From the NCBI GenBank assembly GCA_937996795.1, contig CALKUH010000045.1, forward strand, positions 3,541-67,540: DNA of 64,000 nucleotides, read 5' to 3'. Position 1 is the first letter of the stretch. Every line of letters starts with the position of its first letter. A program made the translations under genes and the position numbers. Positions 32,731 through 41,947 of this stretch are shown here, in pieces. Under the pieces are notes generated by a model, which did no database searches, was not told the origin of the DNA, and was given only the letters and a program-made list of their open reading frames with translations. The stretch comes from an uncultured Verrucomicrobiota bacterium (GTDB lineage Bacteria > Verrucomicrobiota > Kiritimatiellia > CAIVKH01).

Positions 32731-34052
32731 GCCACATACAACAGTCGGTGATCGTACACCCCGCCGCCGCCCTGGAGGGCGAACTGGAAGTCGCGGGCGA
32801 CAAGAGCATTTCGCATCGCATGGCGATGATGGCGGCGCTGGCCTCCGGCACGTCCACCATCCGCAACTTCCTCCACAGCGAGGATTGCGTGAACACATTG
32901 CGCGCGATGGAAGCGCTCGGCGCGCGTTCGTTTTTCGACGAGGACGGGCTTCTCCATGTGCAGGGCACCGGCGGCAAACTGCTGGCCCCGGCCGGCGCCT
33001 TGAATGTCGGCAACTCCGGCACGACGATTCGCCTGCTCGCGGGTATTCTCGCGGGACAGCAGGGCACGTTTGAAATGACGGGCGACGAGTCGCTGTGCAG
33101 CCGCCCGATGTCGCGCATCAAGGATCCGCTGGAGCGCATGGGGGCGAAGCTTGAGCTGACCGGGGAACGAGGCACCGCGCCGATCAAGATCACGGGCGGC
33201 AAGCTCAAGGGCCTGGACTATGTGCTGCCGGTCGCGTCGGCGCAGGTCAAATCCTGCGTCCTGCTGGCCGGGTTGTTCGCCGAGGGCGTGACGTCGATCA
33301 CCGAGCCGATCCCGACGCGCGATCATACGGAGCGCGTCTTCAAGATGCTGGACCTGCCGCTGACAGTGAACGGCCTCCAGATGTCGCTGAAGGGCTTCGG
33401 GCCGAAAGGGCCGTCGCTCAAGGCCCGCGACTTCGTGGTGCCCGGCGACTTTTCGTCCGCGGCCTTCTGGATGGTCGCGGCGGCCGGGCGCAAACGCTCG
33501 AGCATCACGATCAAAAATGTAGGACTGAACCCGCGCCGCACCGCGTTGATCGATGTGTTGAAGCGGGCCGGTGCGCAGGTCGATGTGCGGCTGGATTCGG
33601 CGTCGATCGACGGCGAGCCCGTGGGCGAAGTGCGCGTGACGGGCGGCAAGCTGAAGGCGGTGGAGGTCAAAGGGGCGGAAATCCCGAACCTGATCGATGA
33701 ACTCCCGCTGGTCGCCGTGCTGGGCTGTCTCGCGGAAGGCGTGACGGAAATCCGCAACGCGGCCGAGCTGCGCGTGAAAGAATCCGACCGCATCGCCACG
33801 ATGGCCGCGAACCTGCGCCTGATGGGCGCGGAGGTGGAGGAGCGGCCCGACGGCATGGCGATCAAGGGCCCGACGGTTCTCAAACCGTCCGGTCCCGTTC
33901 GCAGCTACGGCGACCACCGCATCGCGATGGCGATGTCCGTGCTGGCCAGCTATGCCGGCGAGCCGGTCGTGGTGAACAATGTGGCGTGCGTGGACACCTC
34001 CTACCCGGGCTTCTGGGCGGACATGAAGGCGTTGGGAGGCCATGTCGAATAG
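32727..34052 (+). CDS. aroA: 3-phosphoshikimate 1-carboxyvinyltransferase (EPSP synthase)
   Basis: It has the LGNSGTTIRLL and DHRIAMA motifs. Confidence 0.95.
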   Translation: MSHIQQSVIVHPAAALEGELEVAGDKSISHRMAMMAALASGTSTIRNFLHSEDCVNTLRAMEALGARSFFDEDGLLHVQGTGGKLLAPAGALNVGNSGTTIRLLAGILAGQQGTFEMTGDESLCSRPMSRIKDPLERMGAKLELTGERGTAPIKITGGKLKGLDYVLPVASAQVKSCVLLAGLFAEGVTSITEPIPTRDHTERVFKMLDLPLTVNGLQMSLKGFGPKGPSLKARDFVVPGDFSSAAFWMVAAAGRKRSSITIKNVGLNPRRTALIDVLKRAGAQVDVRLDSASIDGEPVGEVRVTGGKLKAVEVKGAEIPNLIDELPLVAVLGCLAEGVTEIRNAAELRVKESDRIATMAANLRLMGAEVEERPDGMAIKGPTVLKPSGPVRSYGDHRIAMAMSVLASYAGEPVVVNNVACVDTSYPGFWADMKALGGHVE

Positions 34053-34728
34053 CCCCTACATCATGGTCGCCATCGACGGGCCGTCCGCCTCCGGCAAATC
34101 CACGGTCGCGCGCCGCGCCGCCCAGGCGCTGCATTTCAACTACGTGGACTCGGGCGCGCTCTATCGAGGTCTCACGTGGAAATGCCTGCGCGAGGGCGTG
34201 AATACGGAGGATCCGCAGGCGGTGACGGAACTGGTCAACCGCCTCGACCTGAGTTTTTTCGTGGAGGAGGGCGCCATCCGCTTCACGCTCGACGGGGAAG
34301 ACCCCGGCGCCCAAATCCGCTCAATGCCGGTGCAGGAACGTGTGAGCGATGTCGCCGCTGTGCCCGAGGTGCGCGCGAAGGTCGTGCAATACCTGCGCGA
34401 CACCGCCCGCTTCGGAAACCTCGTGATGGAAGGGCGCGACATCGGGACGGTGGTTTTCCCCGACACGCCGTTTAAGTTCTATCTCGACGCGGACCCGGAG
34501 GAACGCGCGCGCCGTCGTCACCAGGAGTTCATGCAGTCGGCGACGGACACGACGGTGGACAACGTGCTGGCCTCGCTCCAGCGCCGCGATCGCAAGGATT
34601 CCACGCGCAAGACGGCGCCGCTCCAGATCGCGCTCGGCGCGCGCGTGATTGATTCGACGGCGATGGGGGTGGAGGATGTGGTGAAGCTGGTCGTCAGCCA
34701 GGTTCAGCGCGCCGGCGCCAAGGCATGA
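34042..34728 (+). CDS. cmk: Cytidylate kinase
   Basis: It has the P-loop IDGPSASGKST and a CMP kinase fold. Confidence 0.9.
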   Translation: MSNSPYIMVAIDGPSASGKSTVARRAAQALHFNYVDSGALYRGLTWKCLREGVNTEDPQAVTELVNRLDLSFFVEEGAIRFTLDGEDPGAQIRSMPVQERVSDVAAVPEVRAKVVQYLRDTARFGNLVMEGRDIGTVVFPDTPFKFYLDADPEERARRRHQEFMQSATDTTVDNVLASLQRRDRKDSTRKTAPLQIALGARVIDSTAMGVEDVVKLVVSQVQRAGAKA

Positions 34729-35369
34729 GCGTTCCCCCCTACAGTCCGCGCATTTATACGTTTTGCCGGAACGCACTCTGGGTGCTCCTAAAGGTGTGGA
34801 ACCGGCTTGAGGTCCACGGTGCGGAACATGTGCCGGACACGGGCGGCGTGCTGCTGGTGGCGAATCATGTGAGCTTCCTCGATCCGCCCGCGCTGGGGTG
34901 CGCGGCCATCAAGCGGCATGTGCGCTATCTCGCGCGCGACACGCTGTTCTCCCCGCCGTGGTTCGGGCGCCTGCTGCACAACGTCGCCGTCGTGCCGCTT
35001 TCCCGCGAGCGCAGCGATGTCGGCGCGCTGAAAAAAGCGCTCGCCGTGTTGAAGGCGGGCGACTGCCTCGGGTTGTTTCCGGAAGGCACACGCAGTCCGG
35101 ATGGCAAAATGGCGGAAGCCAAAGGCGGTGTAGGCTTTATCGTCGCCAAGTCGGGCGCCGTTGTCGTCCCCGCGTATATCGACGGAACGTATCGGGCGCT
35201 TTCCCGCCATCATCGCTGGATCCGTCCGATCAAGGTGCGTGTCTTCTTCGGCCCGCCCCTGACATCAGAAGAGCTGAACGCCATTCCTGATGGTCCCGAC
35301 TATTACGATAAGATCGGCGCCCTCGTAACCGCCCGCATCCGGGCCCTTATGCCGCCTTCCGCGAAGTGA
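34725..35369 (+). CDS. plsC: 1-acyl-sn-glycerol-3-phosphate acyltransferase
   Basis: It has the NHVSFLDP (HxxxxD) and FPEGTRS motifs. Confidence 0.85.
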   Translation: MSVPPYSPRIYTFCRNALWVLLKVWNRLEVHGAEHVPDTGGVLLVANHVSFLDPPALGCAAIKRHVRYLARDTLFSPPWFGRLLHNVAVVPLSRERSDVGALKKALAVLKAGDCLGLFPEGTRSPDGKMAEAKGGVGFIVAKSGAVVVPAYIDGTYRALSRHHRWIRPIKVRVFFGPPLTSEELNAIPDGPDYYDKIGALVTARIRALMPPSAK

Positions 35370-35527
35370 CTCCGCAAGGAGCATCCACTTAACTATTTGC
35401 GGTAAAACAGGTTGCGGCAATTATGTTGCCTGCAAACGCGGCGCTTGACCTTGCGCGCTGATTCATAAACAATTCACTAACAATTGAAAGTCAGGCAGTT
35501 AGGCAGCGTTTGCTCGCATCAAACACT

Positions 35528-36250
35528 ATGAGCACATCATCCGACAAAAAGAAGGCGTCGGCCCAAGCGCCGGCGTGGGGGATCGTTTTGGCGGCGGGGC
35601 GGGCGGATGGATTCGGGGCGGACATCGATCCCGTTTTCCTGACGATGGGCAGCAAGCCCGTGCTGACCTATACGCTGGCTGCGTTTGAGCGTTGTCCGGA
35701 TGTGGAGGGCTTGGTGCTCGTCACGTCGAAAGAGCGTCTGGAGAGCCTGCGCACGATGGTCAGCATGTTTGGCTGCAACAAAGTGAAGTCCATCATCGCG
35801 GGACCCGCGGCGCGCGAGGGCGCCGTGGCGGCCGGGCTGGCGGTTGCCCTTGAAAACAAAGCGGGCATTGTCACGATTCACGAAGGGGCGCGCCCGGGGG
35901 TAACGCCTGAACTGATTGCCGAGACCATCCGGCTCGCGCGCAAGCATGGCGCGGCGGCGGTGGCACGCGCGGTGCAGGACCCGGCCTGTCTTTCAGCGAA
36001 GGGCGTAAAGTACGACGAGCCGGTGGAAGCCGGTTCGGTATGGGCCACGATGACGCCCCAGTCGTTCAAGACCGATGTGTTGGGCAAGGCCCTCGCCAAT
36101 GCGGCGAAGAAAAAACTGCACTCGCCGGATGAGGCAGCGGCCGTTTCCGCGAATCGCGGGGAGGTCGCCCTCGTGCCCTCCGCGAAACCACTCGTGCGCA
36201 TCGCCGCACCTCTGGACCTGAATCTCGCGGAATTCCTGCTGCGCCACTGA
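35528..36250 (+). CDS. ispD: 2-C-methyl-D-erythritol 4-phosphate cytidylyltransferase
   Basis: It has the GIVLAAGRADGFG nucleotide-binding motif and an IspD-like length. Confidence 0.75.
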   Translation: MSTSSDKKKASAQAPAWGIVLAAGRADGFGADIDPVFLTMGSKPVLTYTLAAFERCPDVEGLVLVTSKERLESLRTMVSMFGCNKVKSIIAGPAAREGAVAAGLAVALENKAGIVTIHEGARPGVTPELIAETIRLARKHGAAAVARAVQDPACLSAKGVKYDEPVEAGSVWATMTPQSFKTDVLGKALANAAKKKLHSPDEAAAVSANRGEVALVPSAKPLVRIAAPLDLNLAEFLLRH

Positions 36251-36261
36251 GCGCCCGGCGC

Positions 36262-36759
36262 TTACGGGGGCTGGATGGCGCTGTCCACGCGCGCCTCGGC
36301 GATCCGCCATTCGCCTCGTTCCTTCCGCCAGACGAGAAGATATTCGTCCAAATACCGCTCATGCTGGCCATTGCGCGCTCCGCTGAGTTCGATGGCCACG
36401 CGCAGCGGCACGGCGGACGGGTCCATTCGCGGCGGAAACTCCATGCCCTGCACGCCGATGGCGAGCGACTCCACTTCCATGTGCGCCCGCGCGAGCAGCG
36501 CGGAGAGCTCACGCGGCGACGCGGTCATGGGGTAGGGCCGGCCGAGGTGAACAAGGGCATTCGTGGTGAAGAATGCAGGCACCGCGCTCGCGTTGGCTGC
36601 CGTGCGGATCAGATTCTGCCCCGCCGGTTTTTCGCACACCTTCACCAGCGCGAGGAATTGATTGCGCACCGCGCGCTCATCCCGGTCCACCCAGCTCATC
36701 AGCAACCAGCCGCCGAACGCGAGGAGCGCCATCGCCGCAAGCGCGAACCGCGGCTTCAT
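36262..36759 (-). CDS. Hypothetical membrane-anchored or secreted protein
   Basis: It is an ORF with an N-terminal hydrophobic segment, coupled downstream of lepB. Confidence 0.5.
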   Translation of the reverse strand: MKPRFALAAMALLAFGGWLLMSWVDRDERAVRNQFLALVKVCEKPAGQNLIRTAANASAVPAFFTTNALVHLGRPYPMTASPRELSALLARAHMEVESLAIGVQGMEFPPRMDPSAVPLRVAIELSGARNGQHERYLDEYLLVWRKERGEWRIAEARVDSAIQPP

Positions 36760-37268
36760 GGCAGCACCCTGCCGGCGAGGGCCGCGCGTTCGACGCGCCC
36801 GATGGCGTGTTCGGCCATCGGCATGCTGCGATTGTCTCCGGCGACGAAGAACTGGTCCGGTCCCATCCGCTGCTCCGGCAGGGTCCAGTCGCTGTCCGGC
36901 GTGCGGTAGGGCTCCGGCACCTCATCCCCGTTGATGCGCAGGTGTCCATTGGAGAACGCGATCGTGTCGCCCGGCAGCGCGAGGATGCGTTTTACGAAGA
37001 AGTTGCGGCCACCCGCGCGTTTGATCACCACGACATCCCCGCGCGACGGGTTGCGCTGCGCGTGTATCCACCAGCGCGACCCGATGCGCAGTTGCCCGTC
37101 CCGGAGCGTCGGCTCCATGCTGTGGCCGCGCACGAGCAAGGGACGGCAGCACAGGCCGAAGACAAACAGGAGCAGCGCCGCCGAGAGGGCCGTGCGGCGC
37201 AGGGTCCTGCGCGGGTCCCGGCCCCAGAGCGCGCGCGTCCACCATGCCGTTCCATCCTGCATAACCAA
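36756..37268 (-). CDS. lepB: Signal peptidase I
   Basis: It has the GHSMEPTL serine box and a GDNR region. Confidence 0.85.
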   Translation of the reverse strand: MVMQDGTAWWTRALWGRDPRRTLRRTALSAALLLFVFGLCCRPLLVRGHSMEPTLRDGQLRIGSRWWIHAQRNPSRGDVVVIKRAGGRNFFVKRILALPGDTIAFSNGHLRINGDEVPEPYRTPDSDWTLPEQRMGPDQFFVAGDNRSMPMAEHAIGRVERAALAGRVLP

Positions 37269-37336
37269 AACCTATAGCGCGGGATGCACCTTGTTGCAAT
37301 CCGGTGCGCTTCGTGTTTAGATCACCCAATGCCTTC

Positions 37337-37645
37337 ATGACTCGCGAAGCGCCATCCCGCACGGACTCCCCTCGACGCCTTGTTGTCGCGGTGGATGGAC
37401 ATGTGCAGGGGGTTGGATTCCGGATGTCCACCGTGGCGGTGGCGCGGGGCTTTGCGATCGGCGGGTATGTGCAGAATCAGGTTGATGGCTCCGTGCGGGT
37501 CGTGGCGGAGGGCGCGGAGCCGGAGCTGCTGCGTTTCCTCGACGCGTTGAGGGGGGCTCCGGTATACCGGTTTGTGCGCCAGGAGCAGGTGAATTGGATG
37601 TCGGCGACCGGCGCGTTCGCCGGCTTCGACATCCGGTACGGTTGA
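37337..37645 (+). CDS. acyP: Acylphosphatase
   Basis: It has the VDGHVQGVGFR motif. Confidence 0.8.
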   Translation: MTREAPSRTDSPRRLVVAVDGHVQGVGFRMSTVAVARGFAIGGYVQNQVDGSVRVVAEGAEPELLRFLDALRGAPVYRFVRQEQVNWMSATGAFAGFDIRYG

Positions 37646-37649
37646 TGAG

Positions 37650-38375
37650 TTGATGAAGTACGCAATTTTAGGGGATATCCACGCGAACCTGGAGGCCTTG
37701 GACCGGGTGCTTGCCGATGCCGCGGAGCATGGGGTGACCCACTACGCCTGCGTTGGCGACATTGTCGGCTACAACGCCAACCCCGTTGAATGCCTCGAGA
37801 AGGTCCGCGCGCTCAAATGCACCTGCGTCCGCGGCAACCACGATCATTACTGCTCGCATCCGGAGACGTTGAACGGATTTCATCCGCTGGCGGCGGATGT
37901 CGTGAGCTGGACACGCAAGCAGCTCACGCCCGAGCAACAGGCGTGGCTGCGCGGCCTCCGCTACGTCAGCCCCGTCGAAACGTTCACCATCGTCCACAGC
38001 ACGCTTGACATGCCGGAGCAGTGGGGCTACGTCTTTGACCGGCTGGAGGCGGAGGCCAACTTCAACTACCAGTCCACGACGCTCTGCTTCTATGGGCACA
38101 CCCATGTGCCGCTCGCCTTTGAGCGCACGGATTCGATTCGTTTTGGCCTCTACACGCGCATCAAGATCGGGCTGGGCAAAAAATATTTCATCAATGTCGG
38201 CAGCGTCGGACAACCGCGCGATGGCGATCCGCGCGCGGCCTACGTCATCTATGACATGATCAACAACGTCGTCGAACTGCGCCGCGTGGCCTACGACATC
38301 GAAAAAACGCAGAAGAAGATCCTGGATGCCGGGTTGCCGGGCCGTATTGCCGCCCGTCTGGCGGTGGGTCGTTGA
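37650..38375 (+). CDS. Calcineurin-like metallophosphoesterase (YfcE/MPP family)
   Basis: It has the ILGDIHAN, GDIVGY and GNHD metal-binding motifs. Confidence 0.8.
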   Translation: MMKYAILGDIHANLEALDRVLADAAEHGVTHYACVGDIVGYNANPVECLEKVRALKCTCVRGNHDHYCSHPETLNGFHPLAADVVSWTRKQLTPEQQAWLRGLRYVSPVETFTIVHSTLDMPEQWGYVFDRLEAEANFNYQSTTLCFYGHTHVPLAFERTDSIRFGLYTRIKIGLGKKYFINVGSVGQPRDGDPRAAYVIYDMINNVVELRRVAYDIEKTQKKILDAGLPGRIAARLAVGR

Positions 38376-39226
38376 GGAGAATCGGGATGTGGTCACGGGT
38401 GCTTGGCCTCGCGGCGCTGGCGGTCGGGTGCGGCACGCTGCAGGCGCGCGCGCAGGCGGTGGATTTTCGCGCGCGTCTCCCGCACGCGGAGGTCCTGGTG
38501 TGCGAGCCGCTGCCGGTGGAGATCACCATCCGGAACAACGGCATGTCGCCGCTTCAGGCCGGCGGCAGCGGTGGCTATGCGCTGGCGTTTGAAGTGCTCG
38601 ATGCGTCCGGCCTGCTGCTCCGCGAACTTCCGCAGTCCGCGGTGCTCGTCCCCGAGGTGATCGAGCCGCAGGCCCAGGTCGTGTTCACGAATGATCTGCA
38701 GGCCCTGTTTCCCGTGGCGCGGCATGCCACGCTGTCCGTGCGCGCCCGCCTGACGGTGGGCAGCCGTTCGTACATGAGCGACAAACTGTTTGTCGACCTC
38801 ATGCCCGGTTCCGAAATTACATGGGTGAACGCCCCCGCCGCCGACGGGGTCCTGCGTCGCTTTTCGCTGCGTTCCTTGAGTCGCGGGAAACGGGACTTCC
38901 TGTTCCTCCGCGTGGAGAATCCGGATGGCTCCCTGTGCTACGGCGCCGCGGAACTGGGCCGGCTGGTGCGCATGGGCGAGCCCCGCCTGGAGGTGGACAG
39001 CCGCGGGAACGTGCACGTCCTGCACCTTTCCGCCCCGAACCAGTTCATCCACAGCGTGTTTTCGCCCGAGGGCGGCGCGATCAAGCGCGACGTGTTGACG
39101 GGCGACTTGAGCATGGTGCGGATGGTTGATGACGGGCAGGGCAGCTTCCGCATCGCGGGCGCCGGCCAGGTCGCCCCGCCGCGCGATCCGATTGTCGACC
39201 CCCTCCCGCTGCGCCGCGGCCTTTGA
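38372..39226 (+). CDS. Hypothetical secreted protein or lipoprotein
   Basis: It has a signal peptide (LAALAVGCGT). No recognisable domain was found. Confidence 0.55.
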   Translation: MRRIGMWSRVLGLAALAVGCGTLQARAQAVDFRARLPHAEVLVCEPLPVEITIRNNGMSPLQAGGSGGYALAFEVLDASGLLLRELPQSAVLVPEVIEPQAQVVFTNDLQALFPVARHATLSVRARLTVGSRSYMSDKLFVDLMPGSEITWVNAPAADGVLRRFSLRSLSRGKRDFLFLRVENPDGSLCYGAAELGRLVRMGEPRLEVDSRGNVHVLHLSAPNQFIHSVFSPEGGAIKRDVLTGDLSMVRMVDDGQGSFRIAGAGQVAPPRDPIVDPLPLRRGL

Positions 39227-39309
39227 GCGGCGTCGGAAAACATCCATTCCCGTGCGCTGCACCGTTGACACCGGCGGCGCAGGTTGATACTCATTTCGCC
39301 CTTGCCGCT

Positions 39310-39396
39310 GCACCCGTGGTGGAATTGGCAGACACGTAAGATTCAGGTTCTTATGCCTTTACCGGCGTGGGGGTTCAAGTCCCTCCGGGTGCACCA
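39310..39396 (+). tRNA. tRNA-Leu (anticodon CAG), class II with a long variable arm and an encoded CCA
   Basis: Folded by hand. There is a 7-bp acceptor stem GCACCCG/CGGGTGC and an anticodon arm TAAGA-TTCAGGT-TCTTA. The T loop is TTCAAGT. It is near-identical in layout to E. coli tRNA-Leu(CAG). Confidence 0.9.
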
Positions 39397-39670
39397 TCCT
39401 TCGCCGTAGCGCAGCGAAGGCGAAGGCTGCCGCGCCGGAGTCAGCGTCCTCGCGGCGAAGGCGGGCGCATTCCAAGGCTGCGGCTGGCAGGCCATCCTTC
39501 AGTTCAATGCAGGGAGTTCCTGTGTCCTCTTTCACGCGCAATGCGTGACACAGATGTGACACAAGGGCTGTGCGGAGTTTGAAAAATAGAGCCCTCTCCC
39601 GAAGCTGACACCGGAGCGGAATGCGACAATCCTTCGCACCGGCCACGGCACCCCCTCCACAAGACGAAAA

Positions 39671-39700
39671 GGCCACGGAGGAATCCGTGGCCTTTTCTTC
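39671..39700. terminator. Bidirectional intrinsic terminator
   Basis: There is a 9-bp perfect stem GGCCACGGA/TCCGTGGCC with a GGAA loop. It is flanked by AAAA upstream and TTTTCTTC downstream. It lies 20 bp past the ppiC stop. Confidence 0.7.
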
Positions 39701-39718
39701 TGCAATGGGTGGACGGGA

Positions 39719-40771
39719 TCAGTTGTTCAGGAACACCTTGACGTCCGCGTTGGTGCGCAAGGTCATCAGGTAGCCCTGGATCACGTCGGGGGCTTTGCGC
39801 TGTTTGATCATGGCGATCAGGTTGGTTTTGACCTCGTCGAAGGGGAGGTCCCGGGCTTCTTCGCGCTTTTCAACCTTGATGATGTGGAAGCCGAACTGGG
39901 TCTCCACCAACGGGCCCACGGCGCCGATTTCCTGCGTGAAGGCCGCTTCTTCAAACGGAGGCACCATCTGGCCGCGCGGGAAGGTGTAGAGACCGCCGGT
40001 TTCGCGGCTGCCCGGGTCGTCGGTTTCCTGCTTCGCGACCTCGGCGAAATCCTCGCCGGCGTTCAGGCGGGCGCGAAGGGCCTCGGCTTCCGCCTTCTTG
40101 GCTTCCTTCTCGTCTTCCTTTTCAACGGCGACAAGGATGTGGCGCGCGGTGGCGAGCTCAGGCTGCTTCATGCGTTCGCGGTTTTCCTCGTAGAACGCGG
40201 AGGCGTCGGCTTCGGAGACCTCGAGCTCGTTCGACGTGACCTGCTCGATCAGCATCGTGATGCGGACTTCGTCGCCGAATTCGCGCTGGAATTGTTCGGG
40301 GGAGACGCCGCGCTGTTCGAGGACCTGCTCCAGGGAAATGCCGGGGGGCAGGGCCGCTTCGAGCTTCGCGCGCGCATCGGCGATGTCCGCGTCGGTCACC
40401 TTCAGGTTCTGCCGGTCGGCTTCCTGGATGAGCAGCTGACGGGCGATCATCTGGTCCAGCACCTGCTCGCGGATGCGCGGCTGCATCTGGGCGAGCTGCT
40501 CCGGCGGCATGCGGCCGCCGATGCGGGCGAGCATGTTGCCGAGTTCCTTCTGGAAGGCTTCGGCGGAAATTTCGACCCCGTTGACGCTCGCGACCGCACC
40601 GGTCAGCGACGCGGTGCGGGTCGGCGGGATCGGCTGGCGGAAGATGTCGGTGGATTCGGAGAGATCGGCGGCGGGTTCCTGCACGGCGGGTTCCTTGGGT
40701 TTGCAACCGGCGCCGACGGACAGGGCAACAAGCGCGCACGCGGTGGCGGTGAAGAATGAACGGGAGGGCAT
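39719..40771 (-). CDS. PpiC-type peptidyl-prolyl isomerase (SurA/PrsA-like periplasmic foldase)
   Basis: It has a C-terminal parvulin domain (FGFHIIKV), SurA-like N-terminal helices, and a signal peptide with Cys. Confidence 0.75.
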   Translation of the reverse strand: MPSRSFFTATACALVALSVGAGCKPKEPAVQEPAADLSESTDIFRQPIPPTRTASLTGAVASVNGVEISAEAFQKELGNMLARIGGRMPPEQLAQMQPRIREQVLDQMIARQLLIQEADRQNLKVTDADIADARAKLEAALPPGISLEQVLEQRGVSPEQFQREFGDEVRITMLIEQVTSNELEVSEADASAFYEENRERMKQPELATARHILVAVEKEDEKEAKKAEAEALRARLNAGEDFAEVAKQETDDPGSRETGGLYTFPRGQMVPPFEEAAFTQEIGAVGPLVETQFGFHIIKVEKREEARDLPFDEVKTNLIAMIKQRKAPDVIQGYLMTLRTNADVKVFLNN

Positions 40772-40835
40772 AAGACGACCTTTCGTTGTGAAGGCGCGAT
40801 GGTGCATAACGCGCCTCGGCGTGTCAAACGTTGTA

Positions 40836-41798
40836 TCAGGCGTCCAGCGGCCACTCGAAATGGCCGGAGGCGAGGAACGTTCGGACCTGTCGGGCGCTAA
40901 ATGCGGACTTGCGGTGGACCGCTTCGTGCGTGTTGAAGGCATTGTGCGGCGTGAGGATTACCCGCGGGTGCCTTGCCAGTTGCAGGAGGCGGGCCGATTC
41001 CGCGGTGGCTCGACCCGTGCGCAACGCGTCGGCCACCTCGGGCTCCCCGGCGAATACATCGAGCGCGACGCCGCCCAGCAGGCCTTCGCGGAGCAGGGGC
41101 TCAAGGTCGGCGGTTTCCACCAGTTCGCCGCGCGCGACATTGACCAGGCAGAGGCCGGGCCGGGCCCCGGCGAGGGTTGAGCGCCGCACGTATGCGCGAT
41201 TCTCCGCGGTCAGGTTCATGCAGAGCGCCAGGATGTCCGCGCGGGAGATGGCTTCGTCCCATGCCACATAGTGGACGTCGGGATGCCGGTGAACCGGGTC
41301 CACGCCGAGCACCTGCATGTCGAGTCCGCGTCCGATCTGCGTCACGGCATGCCCGATGCGGCCCACGCCGGCGACCGCCAGGGTGCGCCCCGCGCATTCG
41401 CCGCCCGTAAGGCCGTCGCGATGGAACGTGTCCCATTGGCGGAGCTGGGCGGGCAGGCGGCGCAGCAGGCTCATCCAGAGGAGCGCCGCCTGTTCCGCCA
41501 CGGCGCGCGAGCAATACTCCGGGAGGGCGGCCAGCGCGAGGCCCGGCGCGCAGCGGCGCAGCGGCAGCAAATGATCATAGCCCGTCGTCCGTGCCAGCAC
41601 GCCGCGGATGTGAAGCTCCCATCCGGGAGGCAACGCCGACTGTGTGCGGATGCTGAGCAGCAGGGCGGGCGGGGTCGTGTGCCCGGCGAGTTGGATCGTT
41701 GAGGCGGTGTATCCCGCGCGCACCCCGGGGCCCAGCTCGGCCGCGAGGGCTGACGCCTCTTCCTCGAACGCCTCGTAGAAAAAAACGTCGTGGTTCAT
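40836..41798 (-). CDS. D-isomer-specific 2-hydroxyacid dehydrogenase (NAD-binding)
   Basis: It has the GVGRIGHAV Rossmann motif and the catalytic R/E/H arrangement. Confidence 0.8.
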   Translation of the reverse strand: MNHDVFFYEAFEEEASALAAELGPGVRAGYTASTIQLAGHTTPPALLLSIRTQSALPPGWELHIRGVLARTTGYDHLLPLRRCAPGLALAALPEYCSRAVAEQAALLWMSLLRRLPAQLRQWDTFHRDGLTGGECAGRTLAVAGVGRIGHAVTQIGRGLDMQVLGVDPVHRHPDVHYVAWDEAISRADILALCMNLTAENRAYVRRSTLAGARPGLCLVNVARGELVETADLEPLLREGLLGGVALDVFAGEPEVADALRTGRATAESARLLQLARHPRVILTPHNAFNTHEAVHRKSAFSARQVRTFLASGHFEWPLDA

Positions 41799-41842
41799 TT
41801 GTTAGCCGCCGGTGCGAACGCATTTTCCCCGTCGATGGAGTA

Positions 41843-41871
41843 TTGACTTCGTGAAGGGACCCCGAGATTAT
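41843..41871 (+). promoter_or_regulatory. Putative sigma70-like promoter for the operon beginning at 41948. TTGACT, a 17-bp spacer, then GATTAT.
   Basis: The hexamers are read directly in the 150-bp divergent intergenic region. Confidence 0.4.
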
Positions 41872-41947
41872 CCCACGCAAGCCATCGTGATCAAGGGGAC
41901 GCCGCAAAGGCAGCCGCGATGGGGGGCCTTTCATCGAAGGACGTGAC

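Noticed and set aside
37650-37675. ATGAAGTACGC occurs both at the metallophosphoesterase start and upstream of bioB (54097-54107). It could be a shared leader or element.
   Set aside because: The shared segment is only 11 nt. The flanks are unrelated. In the bio region it is out of frame with any credible gene. This is chance similarity.
39310-39396. I first read the anticodon loop as ATTCAGG, anticodon UCA, which would suggest tRNA-Sec.
   Set aside because: Refolding with a 5-bp anticodon stem TAAGA/TCTTA gives the loop TTCAGGT and anticodon CAG. The 7-bp acceptor stem and the D, T and variable arms then match a standard class II tRNA-Leu. A tRNA-Sec would need an 8-bp acceptor stem and a longer D stem.
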